Below, one piece after another: positions 41,759 through 49,563 of a DNA stretch of 64,000 nucleotides; the first letter of the stretch is position 1; each line of letters opens with the position of its first letter. A program made the position numbers and the translations under genes. A model generated the notes under the pieces. It searched no databases. It was not told the origin of the DNA and was given only the letters and a program-made list of their open reading frames with translations. The DNA comes from a virus, in IMG/VR virus record IMGVR_UViG_3300020429_000529, positions 134,762 through 198,761 of that record; one strand, 5' to 3'.

Positions 41759-42606
41759 CAGCCGTAAGCATCATCACTCCTGTTTACAACTGCGAAGCGT
41801 ACATTGAAGAGTCGCTTCAGTCGATTGTTAATCAAAGAGAGTTCGATGATTTTGAGTGGTTGATTCTCAATGATGGATCTCAAGATTCCACTTGGGAAAA
41901 GGTCACAAACTTCAACTACGGATGGGTTCAGGATAAGATTCGCTTCATCAATGATTCTGTCAATGTGAGGATACCTCGTAGACGGAATGCTGCTGTTCAG
42001 TTGGCGAATGGCAAATACATTGCTATCCATGATGGGGATGATGCAAGTCTTCCCGATCGCCTTCGTACCGAGTTCGAGTTTCTTGAGAGCCATCCTGAAC
42101 TGTTCTGCGTCGGCGGATTGGCGTTCAGAATGGAGATGGACGGTACGCCGAGCGGCATGATGGATTACCCTTTGGCGACTCACGAACAGATCGTGGGACA
42201 GATGTATCGGAGCGTCAATCCGATGATCGATCCTACGACGATGTTCCGCCGAGAAGGGTTTCTTGAGCTTGGCGGGTACACGCTGCGAGAGGACATCTAT
42301 ACAGTCCCCGACATGCATCTTTGGTGTAAGGCTATTCTCGCGGGCAAGAAAATGGCGAATATCAGGAAGCCCCTCATTCGGTATCGGGCCAACCCGAACA
42401 GCATGACGGGGAAACATAAAGAAGAGATGGTCAGAGCGCACATGACTGTCTGGCGCGAGTTTGCGGGAAAGTTGAGTAGTGCGTTTGTAGAAAGAGATCA
42501 AGCCCATGCGCAAGTGGACACTCGAAGAACTGCAGTTCCTTTACGACAGCCGAAAGAGCAACGTTCCGTGGCAAGCAATTTCGGACGCTCTCAAGAGAAC
42601 GCTTGA
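41755..42606 (+). CDS. Glycosyltransferase family 2
   Basis: VSIITPVYNCEAYIEESLQSIVNQ...LILNDGSQDST, plus AIHDGDDASLPDRL (DXD). ATGA overlap with the upstream gene. Confidence 0.65.
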   Translation: MTAVSIITPVYNCEAYIEESLQSIVNQREFDDFEWLILNDGSQDSTWEKVTNFNYGWVQDKIRFINDSVNVRIPRRRNAAVQLANGKYIAIHDGDDASLPDRLRTEFEFLESHPELFCVGGLAFRMEMDGTPSGMMDYPLATHEQIVGQMYRSVNPMIDPTTMFRREGFLELGGYTLREDIYTVPDMHLWCKAILAGKKMANIRKPLIRYRANPNSMTGKHKEEMVRAHMTVWREFAGKLSSAFVERDQAHAQVDTRRTAVPLRQPKEQRSVASNFGRSQENA

Positions 42607-43984
42607 TTCGGTACAATGTAAGTTCAAGGAGTTCGATTGGTCTGCTTTCGAGCGTCCTGATGGCAAGATTGTCGAAGACGACTTGACGCCAGAGAACGCA
42701 GGTGTTCCTTGGAGCGAAGAAGAGCTTCAGTTCCTCTTTGAGGAGCGTCTTCAGAACACGCCTTACACCGCAATCTCTCGCGCCCTTGGTCGTCCTTACA
42801 ACTCATGTCGCAAGACATACAACGAGACCGACTGGTCTCAGAAGCCGTACTCGAACGGGCCGAAGGTTCGTCAGCATCGTCGGGATCTCAAGACATTCAA
42901 GGCACAGACCGAAAGCACCGTCAATCGAGCCCTTGATCGTTGGAGAATGAGAGCCGATACGATGGCGGATGCGCTGGTTGACTCGGCTCAGAGGTTGCCG
43001 AGGGCTCCCCTTGTCAAATGGAAGCCGAAGAACCGCAAGCCAAGCCAGCATTCTCCCGAGGACATTGGGCTCATGCTCAGCGACCTCCATATCGGGCACG
43101 AGCATTCGCTCGAAGAGACAGGCAATCTATCGCAATACAACGTTGATATTTTCCTGCAACGCCTTGAGAATCTCAAGCATGCTGTTGCGGATATCTACGA
43201 GCTTCATTCGCAGCTTTACAAGATCCCCAAGCTCCATATCTTCTCGCTTGGCGATGTTGTTGACGGCATGAACGAGGCGGGCGCTTGGTCTCCTGTCTAC
43301 ATCAATACTCCGATTACCGATCAGGTCATGATTGGCGTTCGCGCCTTGAGCGAAGCGATCTTTTACTGGCTGACGATCTTCGAGGAAGTTGAGTTCTACG
43401 GCGTTCGAGGCAATCACGGTCGGGTTGCGAAGTCTGGCGCTGAGAAAGACTACAACAACTGGGACCGCATGGTTTACCTGTTCCTCGAAACAGAGTACCG
43501 CAATAACCCTCGTATTAAGTTCAATGTTCCAAAGACCTGGTGGTCGATGCAGAATATCCGCAATCACAAGTATCTTTTGATGCATGGAGATGATGCGAAG
43601 AGCAAAAACCCGCCCATTTCAACATTCCTGGATGTCGAGCGCAAGATGGCGGGTTACGTCAAAGATTTCGCGCACTACACATTGGTAGGTCATTTCCATA
43701 ATGCAAGCGAAATCACAAGCACGAACGGGAAAGTTCTCATGAACGGCTCCTTCGTTGGTTCCGATGTGTATTCCCTGAAGAACAACCTGCCCGGAACAAA
43801 GGCAGAACAGAAAATCTTCGGTATACATGATACAAGGGGAATCACTTTCAGGTACGATCTCGATCTTGATGACGAGAGATCGCGTCCTGAATCAACGGAG
43901 GCTATATCTCATGATACCGCTACCACGATGGGCTCTTCCATATCTTACAGACAAGAAGTGTCCAGTGTGCGGAAGTCCGACTGA
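42506..43984 (+). CDS. Fusion protein with N-terminal tandem Myb/SANT-like repeats and a C-terminal calcineurin-like metallophosphoesterase (Mre11/SbcD-type)
   Basis: Two W-x18-22-W/Y-x21-W repeats: WTLEELQFLYDSRKSNVPWQAISDA...DWSAF and VPWSEEELQFLFEERLQNTPYTAISRA...DWSQ. Phosphoesterase motifs in order: DLHIGHEH, GDVVDG, RGNHGR, LMHGDD and GHFHN. Confidence 0.6.
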   Translation: MRKWTLEELQFLYDSRKSNVPWQAISDALKRTLDSVQCKFKEFDWSAFERPDGKIVEDDLTPENAGVPWSEEELQFLFEERLQNTPYTAISRALGRPYNSCRKTYNETDWSQKPYSNGPKVRQHRRDLKTFKAQTESTVNRALDRWRMRADTMADALVDSAQRLPRAPLVKWKPKNRKPSQHSPEDIGLMLSDLHIGHEHSLEETGNLSQYNVDIFLQRLENLKHAVADIYELHSQLYKIPKLHIFSLGDVVDGMNEAGAWSPVYINTPITDQVMIGVRALSEAIFYWLTIFEEVEFYGVRGNHGRVAKSGAEKDYNNWDRMVYLFLETEYRNNPRIKFNVPKTWWSMQNIRNHKYLLMHGDDAKSKNPPISTFLDVERKMAGYVKDFAHYTLVGHFHNASEITSTNGKVLMNGSFVGSDVYSLKNNLPGTKAEQKIFGIHDTRGITFRYDLDLDDERSRPESTEAISHDTATTMGSSISYRQEVSSVRKSD

Positions 43985-44363
43985 CGCAAAGCATGTCGAA
44001 GCAATCGGTATCAAACAGAGAGAACCCTCGACGAAGAAGATCGATAAAGGACAGGCTCTACTGATTTTTGAGTACCGCTGCCCCAATTGCGGCGAGAAAA
44101 CTTTCTGGTTAGCCGATCCTGATGAACCTGATCTCAAGCCCGAAGAACTACTGCAGAGTATCCTTGATGCCATGGCAGGAAGTTCTAAAAAGAGCAACAA
44201 GGTATCGAAGAGCAAAATCACGAATAAAGAGTTGAAGCAGATCAAGCTCGATCTTGAGCAGATGGTAGATCATGACGAGTTTCTCAGATACATCGGACTT
44301 GACCAAGGCGAAATCGATCGTCTCAAAAAGGTTGACGGAAAGAATGGAAACCAGGATAAGTGA
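43908..44363 (+). CDS. Small C4 zinc-ribbon protein
   Basis: CPVCG ... CPNCG pair about 40 aa apart. Start placed at ATG 43908 (MIPLPRW); the track ORF begins at 43827 inside the upstream gene. Lys-rich C-terminus. Confidence 0.45.
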   Translation, partial: LMIPLPRWALPYLTDKKCPVCGSPTDAKHVEAIGIKQREPSTKKIDKGQALLIFEYRCPNCGEKTFWLADPDEPDLKPEELLQSILDAMAGSSKKSNKVSKSKITNKELKQIKLDLEQMVDHDEFLRYIGLDQGEIDRLKKVDGKNGNQDK

Positions 44364-45411
44364 TTTTGCGCTCGCTCAACGGGCTCTCGACATCATCTGC
44401 TATCAGTACGATTATCCCTTCGTAGATGTCCCCATCCACTTTGGCGATGAACCCGCATCCTACCGAGATGGAGTCTTCCATCTTGAAGAGAACGCTTCGC
44501 TCCACAAGACGATCTTCTCTATCGTTTTCCTGTATCTCCATCATCTGCTCGACGAGGTGCCCGACGAAGACCGTCAGGCGGCTCTCTCGTTCGTTCTGGC
44601 GCTCGTCAGAGACTTCAAGCATCGAGACCCCGCTCTTGACTTCGAGGGCATAGGAGACGATGAGATCGTCCTGATGAGGCTCGATCAGAATCCCTTCATC
44701 TGGCTGGTCATGAGGGACATCATCTGTCCATCGAGAGATATCAAACTTCGCAACCTGAGAGTCGTAGCGAGCAAGTCTTCGGTCATCGACATCGCCAAGT
44801 GCGTTCGAGAAGATGAGGTCAATCATCCAGATCTTGACTCTGAAGATTTCCCGCTGCTCTTCATGAACCTCGATGTCAACTCGTTCGCCATTCGGACAGC
44901 CGCTCTGTTTGTCGAAGCTCTGAGGGCTCATGTCGATGATCCAGAGGAAGCGATCAGAGACCTGTTTTCTGACTTTTTCATGAGAGACAAGATCATCTCA
45001 TTTGTTCGCATGGTTTTTGTCGATGACAGAGATGAAGCGGACTTTTTCGCCACGCTTTCTATTCTTTGCCAGTCTCAGGAGTTGGAGAAGTTGGCGGTTG
45101 AGGGAGCGCCAGGCGGAGAGAAGGACGGCATCAAGGAGGCTCAATGGGAGGGCAATCAGTCAAACTGGTGGTTCTTGGGGCTAACCGAGAAGATGCTCGA
45201 ACCTGCTCGATCAGAGGACTGGACTGTCTATGAGATGTGGAAACCAGTAACAGAAGAGCTTTGGTCCGAAGTGGAAGCCGAGAGGCGGAAGCGAGGTCTG
45301 GACGAAGTACCTTTTGACCTCATGCTCGATATTACGAGAAACTTGAGAGACCAGCATACTGATGAAACAAAGACGCTGCAAGCGTTGCTTGCTGACGACC
45401 GAATTTGGTGA
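44272..45411 (+). CDS. Hypothetical protein (acidic, no recognised motifs)
   Basis: Long ORF with the same codon bias as its neighbours. An alternative start at ATG 44344 is possible. Confidence 0.45.
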   Translation: MTSFSDTSDLTKAKSIVSKRLTERMETRISDFALAQRALDIICYQYDYPFVDVPIHFGDEPASYRDGVFHLEENASLHKTIFSIVFLYLHHLLDEVPDEDRQAALSFVLALVRDFKHRDPALDFEGIGDDEIVLMRLDQNPFIWLVMRDIICPSRDIKLRNLRVVASKSSVIDIAKCVREDEVNHPDLDSEDFPLLFMNLDVNSFAIRTAALFVEALRAHVDDPEEAIRDLFSDFFMRDKIISFVRMVFVDDRDEADFFATLSILCQSQELEKLAVEGAPGGEKDGIKEAQWEGNQSNWWFLGLTEKMLEPARSEDWTVYEMWKPVTEELWSEVEAERRKRGLDEVPFDLMLDITRNLRDQHTDETKTLQALLADDRIW

Positions 45412-45422
45412 AGGAGTAAAAG

Positions 45423-45665
45423 ATGAGCGAAACAACAACGACACCCGAGATTTCCGAACTTGAGTTCGACCAGTATATCGACAGCAAGCTGCGGACCATG
45501 TGGACGAAGGTAGAATCGATCAAGAACCTTCTCCGCAATGGACAGCAGGTTGTTGCGCATGAGCAGCTTCAGGGCCTTTCTGATGGCCTTGCTCATCTCG
45601 TTCACGGAGTCGAAAAGAGGATCGGCGTACTCGGAGGAGACGCCGATGCGAGTTCTTCAGACTAA
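45423..45665 (+). CDS. Small hypothetical protein (80 aa)
   Basis: AAGGAG RBS 6 nt upstream of ATG 45423. Confidence 0.4.
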   Translation: MSETTTTPEISELEFDQYIDSKLRTMWTKVESIKNLLRNGQQVVAHEQLQGLSDGLAHLVHGVEKRIGVLGGDADASSSD

Positions 45666-45906
45666 TGCATTTCGCAAGCAAGCCGGTAGCTGGGACGACC
45701 AGCCTGGTTTTGTTGATCGCGATGTTGGTCCGGGCGGTATAGGAAACTCTCCGTCTGATCCGTCTGAAGAAGAGATCCTCGACGGCTTCGATCCCGAGAA
45801 GCGCAAGAAACGACGTAGAAAACGAAGAACCAAGCGGATTTACCAGCTTGGCATAGATGTGCCACTGTCTCCGCGAGAAGAAAGACAGCCCCTCATTACC
45901 CTATGA
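45646..45906 (+). CDS. Small protein with an Arg/Lys-rich cluster (KRKKRRRKRRTKR)
   Basis: ATG 45646 preceded by GGAGGAGA. Highly basic motif, possibly nucleic-acid binding. Ends in an ATGA-type overlap with the helicase gene. Confidence 0.35.
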   Translation: MRVLQTNAFRKQAGSWDDQPGFVDRDVGPGGIGNSPSDPSEEEILDGFDPEKRKKRRRKRRTKRIYQLGIDVPLSPREERQPLITL

Positions 45907-47438
45907 GCCGCGAAGTAACTCTCCGAATCACAAATGTCAATACATATGTCGAGTCCTCGCTTGATTCGATGACCTATCAGAACTTCAAGAAGGTCATGGG
46001 ATTCCGAGACGACAAGGCGATGTGGCGCGCGAGGAAAGTCCAAGAGAAGCTTGAGTCCCAAGGCAAGAATGCCAGTTGGGTCAAGAAATGGGACGGAACG
46101 CAGACGACCGTCGTGTATGACAAAAAGACCCGCAAGTCGTACTTCCCGACCGGCCTACTTTCTCGCGCAAGAGAGTTCTTCGGCGACTGCGAGTTCGATA
46201 TCAACTTGGTCGATCAGCGGACTCAGGTCCACCGTTCAACCGGCTACTCGATGAGCGAAGAGTACGAGCCGAGAGACTACCAAGGTAAGATCAGGGACGA
46301 CGCCTGCAACAAGGGCCGAGGCATCATCAAGATGGCGACGGGCGGAGGCAAGACCGCTACCGCTGCTTCGATCATCTCTGAGCTTGCCGTTGATCCAACC
46401 ATCTTCTATGTGACTTCCAAGGATCTGCTCAAGCAGGCTCGCGATGAGTTTCAGCGATTCATCTACCTGAACGGTTCCCCTGTCAAAGTAGGAACAGTCG
46501 GCGACGGTCAGTTTGATCTTCAACCGATCACGATCATGACGGTTCAGACAGCGATCCGAGCCCTCGGAGAGCGATGGACTCGTTTCGACGAAGAAGACGA
46601 TTCGGCCAAGACTGAGAAGCAGAAGCTCAACGAGAAGCAGAAGAAAGAACTCAAGGACTTCATTCGAGGCGCTGGCCTCATGATGTGCGACGAGGTTCAG
46701 CACTGGGCCGCAAAGACATGCCAGACTATCTCTTCTGCCTCTGAGTCCGCAAGATACCGCTTTGGCCTCTCTGCGACTCCTTGGCGAGATGAGGGCGATG
46801 ACATGCTGATCGATTCCTGCTTCGGCAAGGCGATCTGCGACATCTCTGCGTCGTTCTTGATTGATCGAGGCTATCTCATTAAGCCAACGATCTACTTTGT
46901 CCATCACAAGAAGCCAGGCATGGAGGGCGCTTATCCGACTGTCTACCAAGAAGGTATCGTAGAGAACCAGGAGCGTAACCTCTTGATCTCGAATATCTCT
47001 CGGAAGATGGTTGATAGCGGTCGCCAGGCTCTTATCTTGGTTCGCATCGTTGAGCATGGCAACATTCTTGAAGCGATGACGCCAGACAGCTTCTTCATTC
47101 ATGGCTCTCATACTGGTAAGCAGAGAGAAGCATGGATCGACAAGATGAGAAACCGAGAAGCTCCGATTACGATCGCTACTTCGATCTTCGACGAGGGCGT
47201 CGATGTCAAGTGTCTTGATTCGCTGGTGCTTGCTGGCAGCGGCAAGAGTCAGACGAGAGCGTTGCAGCGCGTAGGTCGAGTTCTTCGGCCATTTACCGAT
47301 AAGTCGAGTGGTTTCGTAAAGAAGGATGCGTTTGTTGTCGATTTCCATGACAACATGAAATACATGCTTGCGCATTCTCGAAAGCGCCGCAAGATTTACG
47401 ACACCGAGCCAGCCTTCGAGATCAAGGACTGGAAGTAA
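45903..47438 (+). CDS. SF2 DExH-box DNA helicase (UvsW/Res-subunit-like)
   Basis: Walker A MATGGGKTATAA, motif II MMCDEVQHW, motif III GLSATPWRD, motif V IATSIFDEGVDV and motif VI QRVGRVLR. Confidence 0.8.
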   Translation: MSREVTLRITNVNTYVESSLDSMTYQNFKKVMGFRDDKAMWRARKVQEKLESQGKNASWVKKWDGTQTTVVYDKKTRKSYFPTGLLSRAREFFGDCEFDINLVDQRTQVHRSTGYSMSEEYEPRDYQGKIRDDACNKGRGIIKMATGGGKTATAASIISELAVDPTIFYVTSKDLLKQARDEFQRFIYLNGSPVKVGTVGDGQFDLQPITIMTVQTAIRALGERWTRFDEEDDSAKTEKQKLNEKQKKELKDFIRGAGLMMCDEVQHWAAKTCQTISSASESARYRFGLSATPWRDEGDDMLIDSCFGKAICDISASFLIDRGYLIKPTIYFVHHKKPGMEGAYPTVYQEGIVENQERNLLISNISRKMVDSGRQALILVRIVEHGNILEAMTPDSFFIHGSHTGKQREAWIDKMRNREAPITIATSIFDEGVDVKCLDSLVLAGSGKSQTRALQRVGRVLRPFTDKSSGFVKKDAFVVDFHDNMKYMLAHSRKRRKIYDTEPAFEIKDWK

Positions 47439-48616
47439 TGGATCGCAAAAGCGTAGAATCAACGGACCTCTTCGATGCAGATGACTGGATCGGAGATGTC
47501 AAAGATGTGCAGAACCGCCTTCATGCCGTGAGTAATCCCTATCGAGGGAACAAACGGAAGATGCTTATCGATTTGGCTTCGGTCTGTCGAGAAGAGGGAC
47601 TGCAAGAAAAAATCGAAGGCGGTCAGGTTCTTGACCTATTCTCAGGAAGCGCTTTCTGTAGCTATCTTTTCAAGAGCATGGGCGCTGCTGTTTGGTCGAA
47701 TGACCTTTTGGCCTTCTCGTATCTCAGCGCTGTTTCTCTTGTTGAGAACTCGACAGTCATTCCCTCGAAAGAGCAGATCCGATTCATTCTCAAGAACAAG
47801 CCGACTGATTGCGGCACTCGCATCAGGGACAACTATGTCGGCGTTCGTTTTACCGAGGAAGAAGCTGAGACTCTCGATCGCTGGATTCGCAATCTTGAGA
47901 TTCAGCATGGCGACCGACCTATCGCAGAGCTTGTTGAGTTCTACAACGATATCGATTATGCGGTAGAGAACCTGGGCGAAGACTTTGATCCAGATTCGCA
48001 TCGTTCGGCTGCTCATCTCTTTGCTCAAGAGGCGATCATGTTGTTGCACTTCATTGTGCGGACAACGGATCTGGGCGGTCGATTGAACAACGGACAGGTT
48101 GTCGCCCGAGTTGACCATCGTATTGAGAATAAAGGGCGGACGTTCATTGAACGAAACATTCGTCCATACAACTTGCATTTCAATAATGGCCTCACTTCTG
48201 TTGCAACTCGTATGGATGCCATCGATCTGCTCAAGCAGTTTGATCTGAGCGATCTGGATCTCGTTTACATCGACCCTCCGTATGGAGGCGATCAGAGCGA
48301 TTATGCCAAGATGTACGAGTTCTTTGAGGACTACCTTGGTTTCTCGGATATTCACAACGAGTGGGAGAAGGAGCGGTTTGCGAAGTCTAAGACTTACGCT
48401 GAAAGCTTCGATGAACTTCTCTCATTATTGCCAAAGCAATCGCCCTGGATCTTCAGTTACAACGATTCCAGTTGGGCTTCTGGCGAAGAGATCAAAAACC
48501 AGATTTCAAAGTTTGATCGCAGTCGTGTTGTAATGCACGAAGTCGATTACGAGTATCAGTATCGGGCGAAGGACAACTCCGCTGGAACTGAGTATGTGAT
48601 AGTGGCGCATCCTTGA
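47438..48616 (+). CDS. N6-adenine DNA methyltransferase (Dam-like, alpha class)
   Basis: Motif I VLDLFSGSAFCSYLF near the N-terminus. Motif IV VYIDPPYGG about 230 aa downstream. Confidence 0.65.
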   Translation: MDRKSVESTDLFDADDWIGDVKDVQNRLHAVSNPYRGNKRKMLIDLASVCREEGLQEKIEGGQVLDLFSGSAFCSYLFKSMGAAVWSNDLLAFSYLSAVSLVENSTVIPSKEQIRFILKNKPTDCGTRIRDNYVGVRFTEEEAETLDRWIRNLEIQHGDRPIAELVEFYNDIDYAVENLGEDFDPDSHRSAAHLFAQEAIMLLHFIVRTTDLGGRLNNGQVVARVDHRIENKGRTFIERNIRPYNLHFNNGLTSVATRMDAIDLLKQFDLSDLDLVYIDPPYGGDQSDYAKMYEFFEDYLGFSDIHNEWEKERFAKSKTYAESFDELLSLLPKQSPWIFSYNDSSWASGEEIKNQISKFDRSRVVMHEVDYEYQYRAKDNSAGTEYVIVAHP

Positions 48617-48626
48617 GGAGGTTGAC

Positions 48627-49448
48627 TTGAGTAACTTGTTTGAAAACATCCTGTCTGACGCAAGCGAGTCTGTCAAAGAGTCCTCAGAGCGGTTTGCAGC
48701 GAAGAAGAATCCGGGAGATGAATGGGAAGTTACAGATGAGTTCCTTGGCTACAAGCGCAAGCGGGTAGCCGAATGGCGAACTCCTGACTTCTTCCACTTC
48801 TTTCTCGATATGTTCGAACGAAAGTTCGGCGAACCATTTGAGATCGCGCCTGCCGCTGGTCAGCAATCGATTCTACTCATCAAGGATGCCATCGCTAAAG
48901 AACTTGGCGAGAGACCATCTAACCAGGTTGTCAAAGACTACCTTGAATGGTTCATGGACAATGTAGCACACGGGCTGATCGTCAAGTACGGTTGCATGAA
49001 GATGAAGTTCTTCAAAGCCTCTTGGGAGATTGAGAGATTCCTGGATCTCTACAGCAAGATCAAGGATCGCAAGAAGCCAGAGAAGGTCTCATCGATTCTC
49101 TACACCGATGACAGCATGCAAGCCGTCTACATGTCAAGTCCCAAGAACTTCGTCCTCAAGTACGGTCTTGTCTTGTCCGTTGTTTGGCTTATGCGTCGGA
49201 AGAACATGACCGAGCAAGAGGCTGTTGGTATCGTGATGAAGCATGCGATCGATCTGGCGGATGACGGTCAATACAATGCCATTCTCTCGGCGACAGAGAA
49301 GCATACGCCCTATCCTCGCTGGTGCTATTTCCGATCGATCGACAGTATGCCTCGTGAGTTGACGATCGAAACCGGACAGTTCTTTGACGTTTTGTCCGTG
49401 TATTTCTCTGACCACGCGAGTCAGTTTCTCTTCCTCAAAGAGAAGTGA
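48627..49448 (+). CDS. Hypothetical protein
   Basis: 273-aa ORF in the conserved orientation. No recognisable motifs. Confidence 0.5.
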   Translation: MSNLFENILSDASESVKESSERFAAKKNPGDEWEVTDEFLGYKRKRVAEWRTPDFFHFFLDMFERKFGEPFEIAPAAGQQSILLIKDAIAKELGERPSNQVVKDYLEWFMDNVAHGLIVKYGCMKMKFFKASWEIERFLDLYSKIKDRKKPEKVSSILYTDDSMQAVYMSSPKNFVLKYGLVLSVVWLMRRKNMTEQEAVGIVMKHAIDLADDGQYNAILSATEKHTPYPRWCYFRSIDSMPRELTIETGQFFDVLSVYFSDHASQFLFLKEK

Positions 49449-49563
49449 AATAGCATCGCTGTTTGCGCCAGGCACGATTTGATTCGTGAGTTTGCCGATC
49501 CCTATGTGACGCTGAAATACGGTATGATAGTAGTCGCAATTGAAGTAGCCAATGGAGTCGTGA
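49449..49563 (+). promoter_or_regulatory. Largest intergenic gap in the window; candidate promoter/regulatory region upstream of the AAA ATPase gene
   Basis: 115 nt non-coding, AT-richer than its flanks. Contains TATGAT (49523-49528) and GGAG 8 nt before ATG 49564. No convincing -35 at canonical spacing. Confidence 0.25.

Noticed and set aside
46236-47462. 408-aa ORF on the minus strand
   Set aside because: It lies entirely antisense to the well-supported SF2 helicase gene, which has all motifs I-VI. No motifs of its own; a typical shadow ORF from codon bias.
49449-49563. tRNA or small RNA in the only sizeable intergenic gap
   Set aside because: No cloverleaf-compatible acceptor and T-arm pairing, no GTTCRANYC-like T-loop, and the gap is short. 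It is more likely a regulatory spacer.
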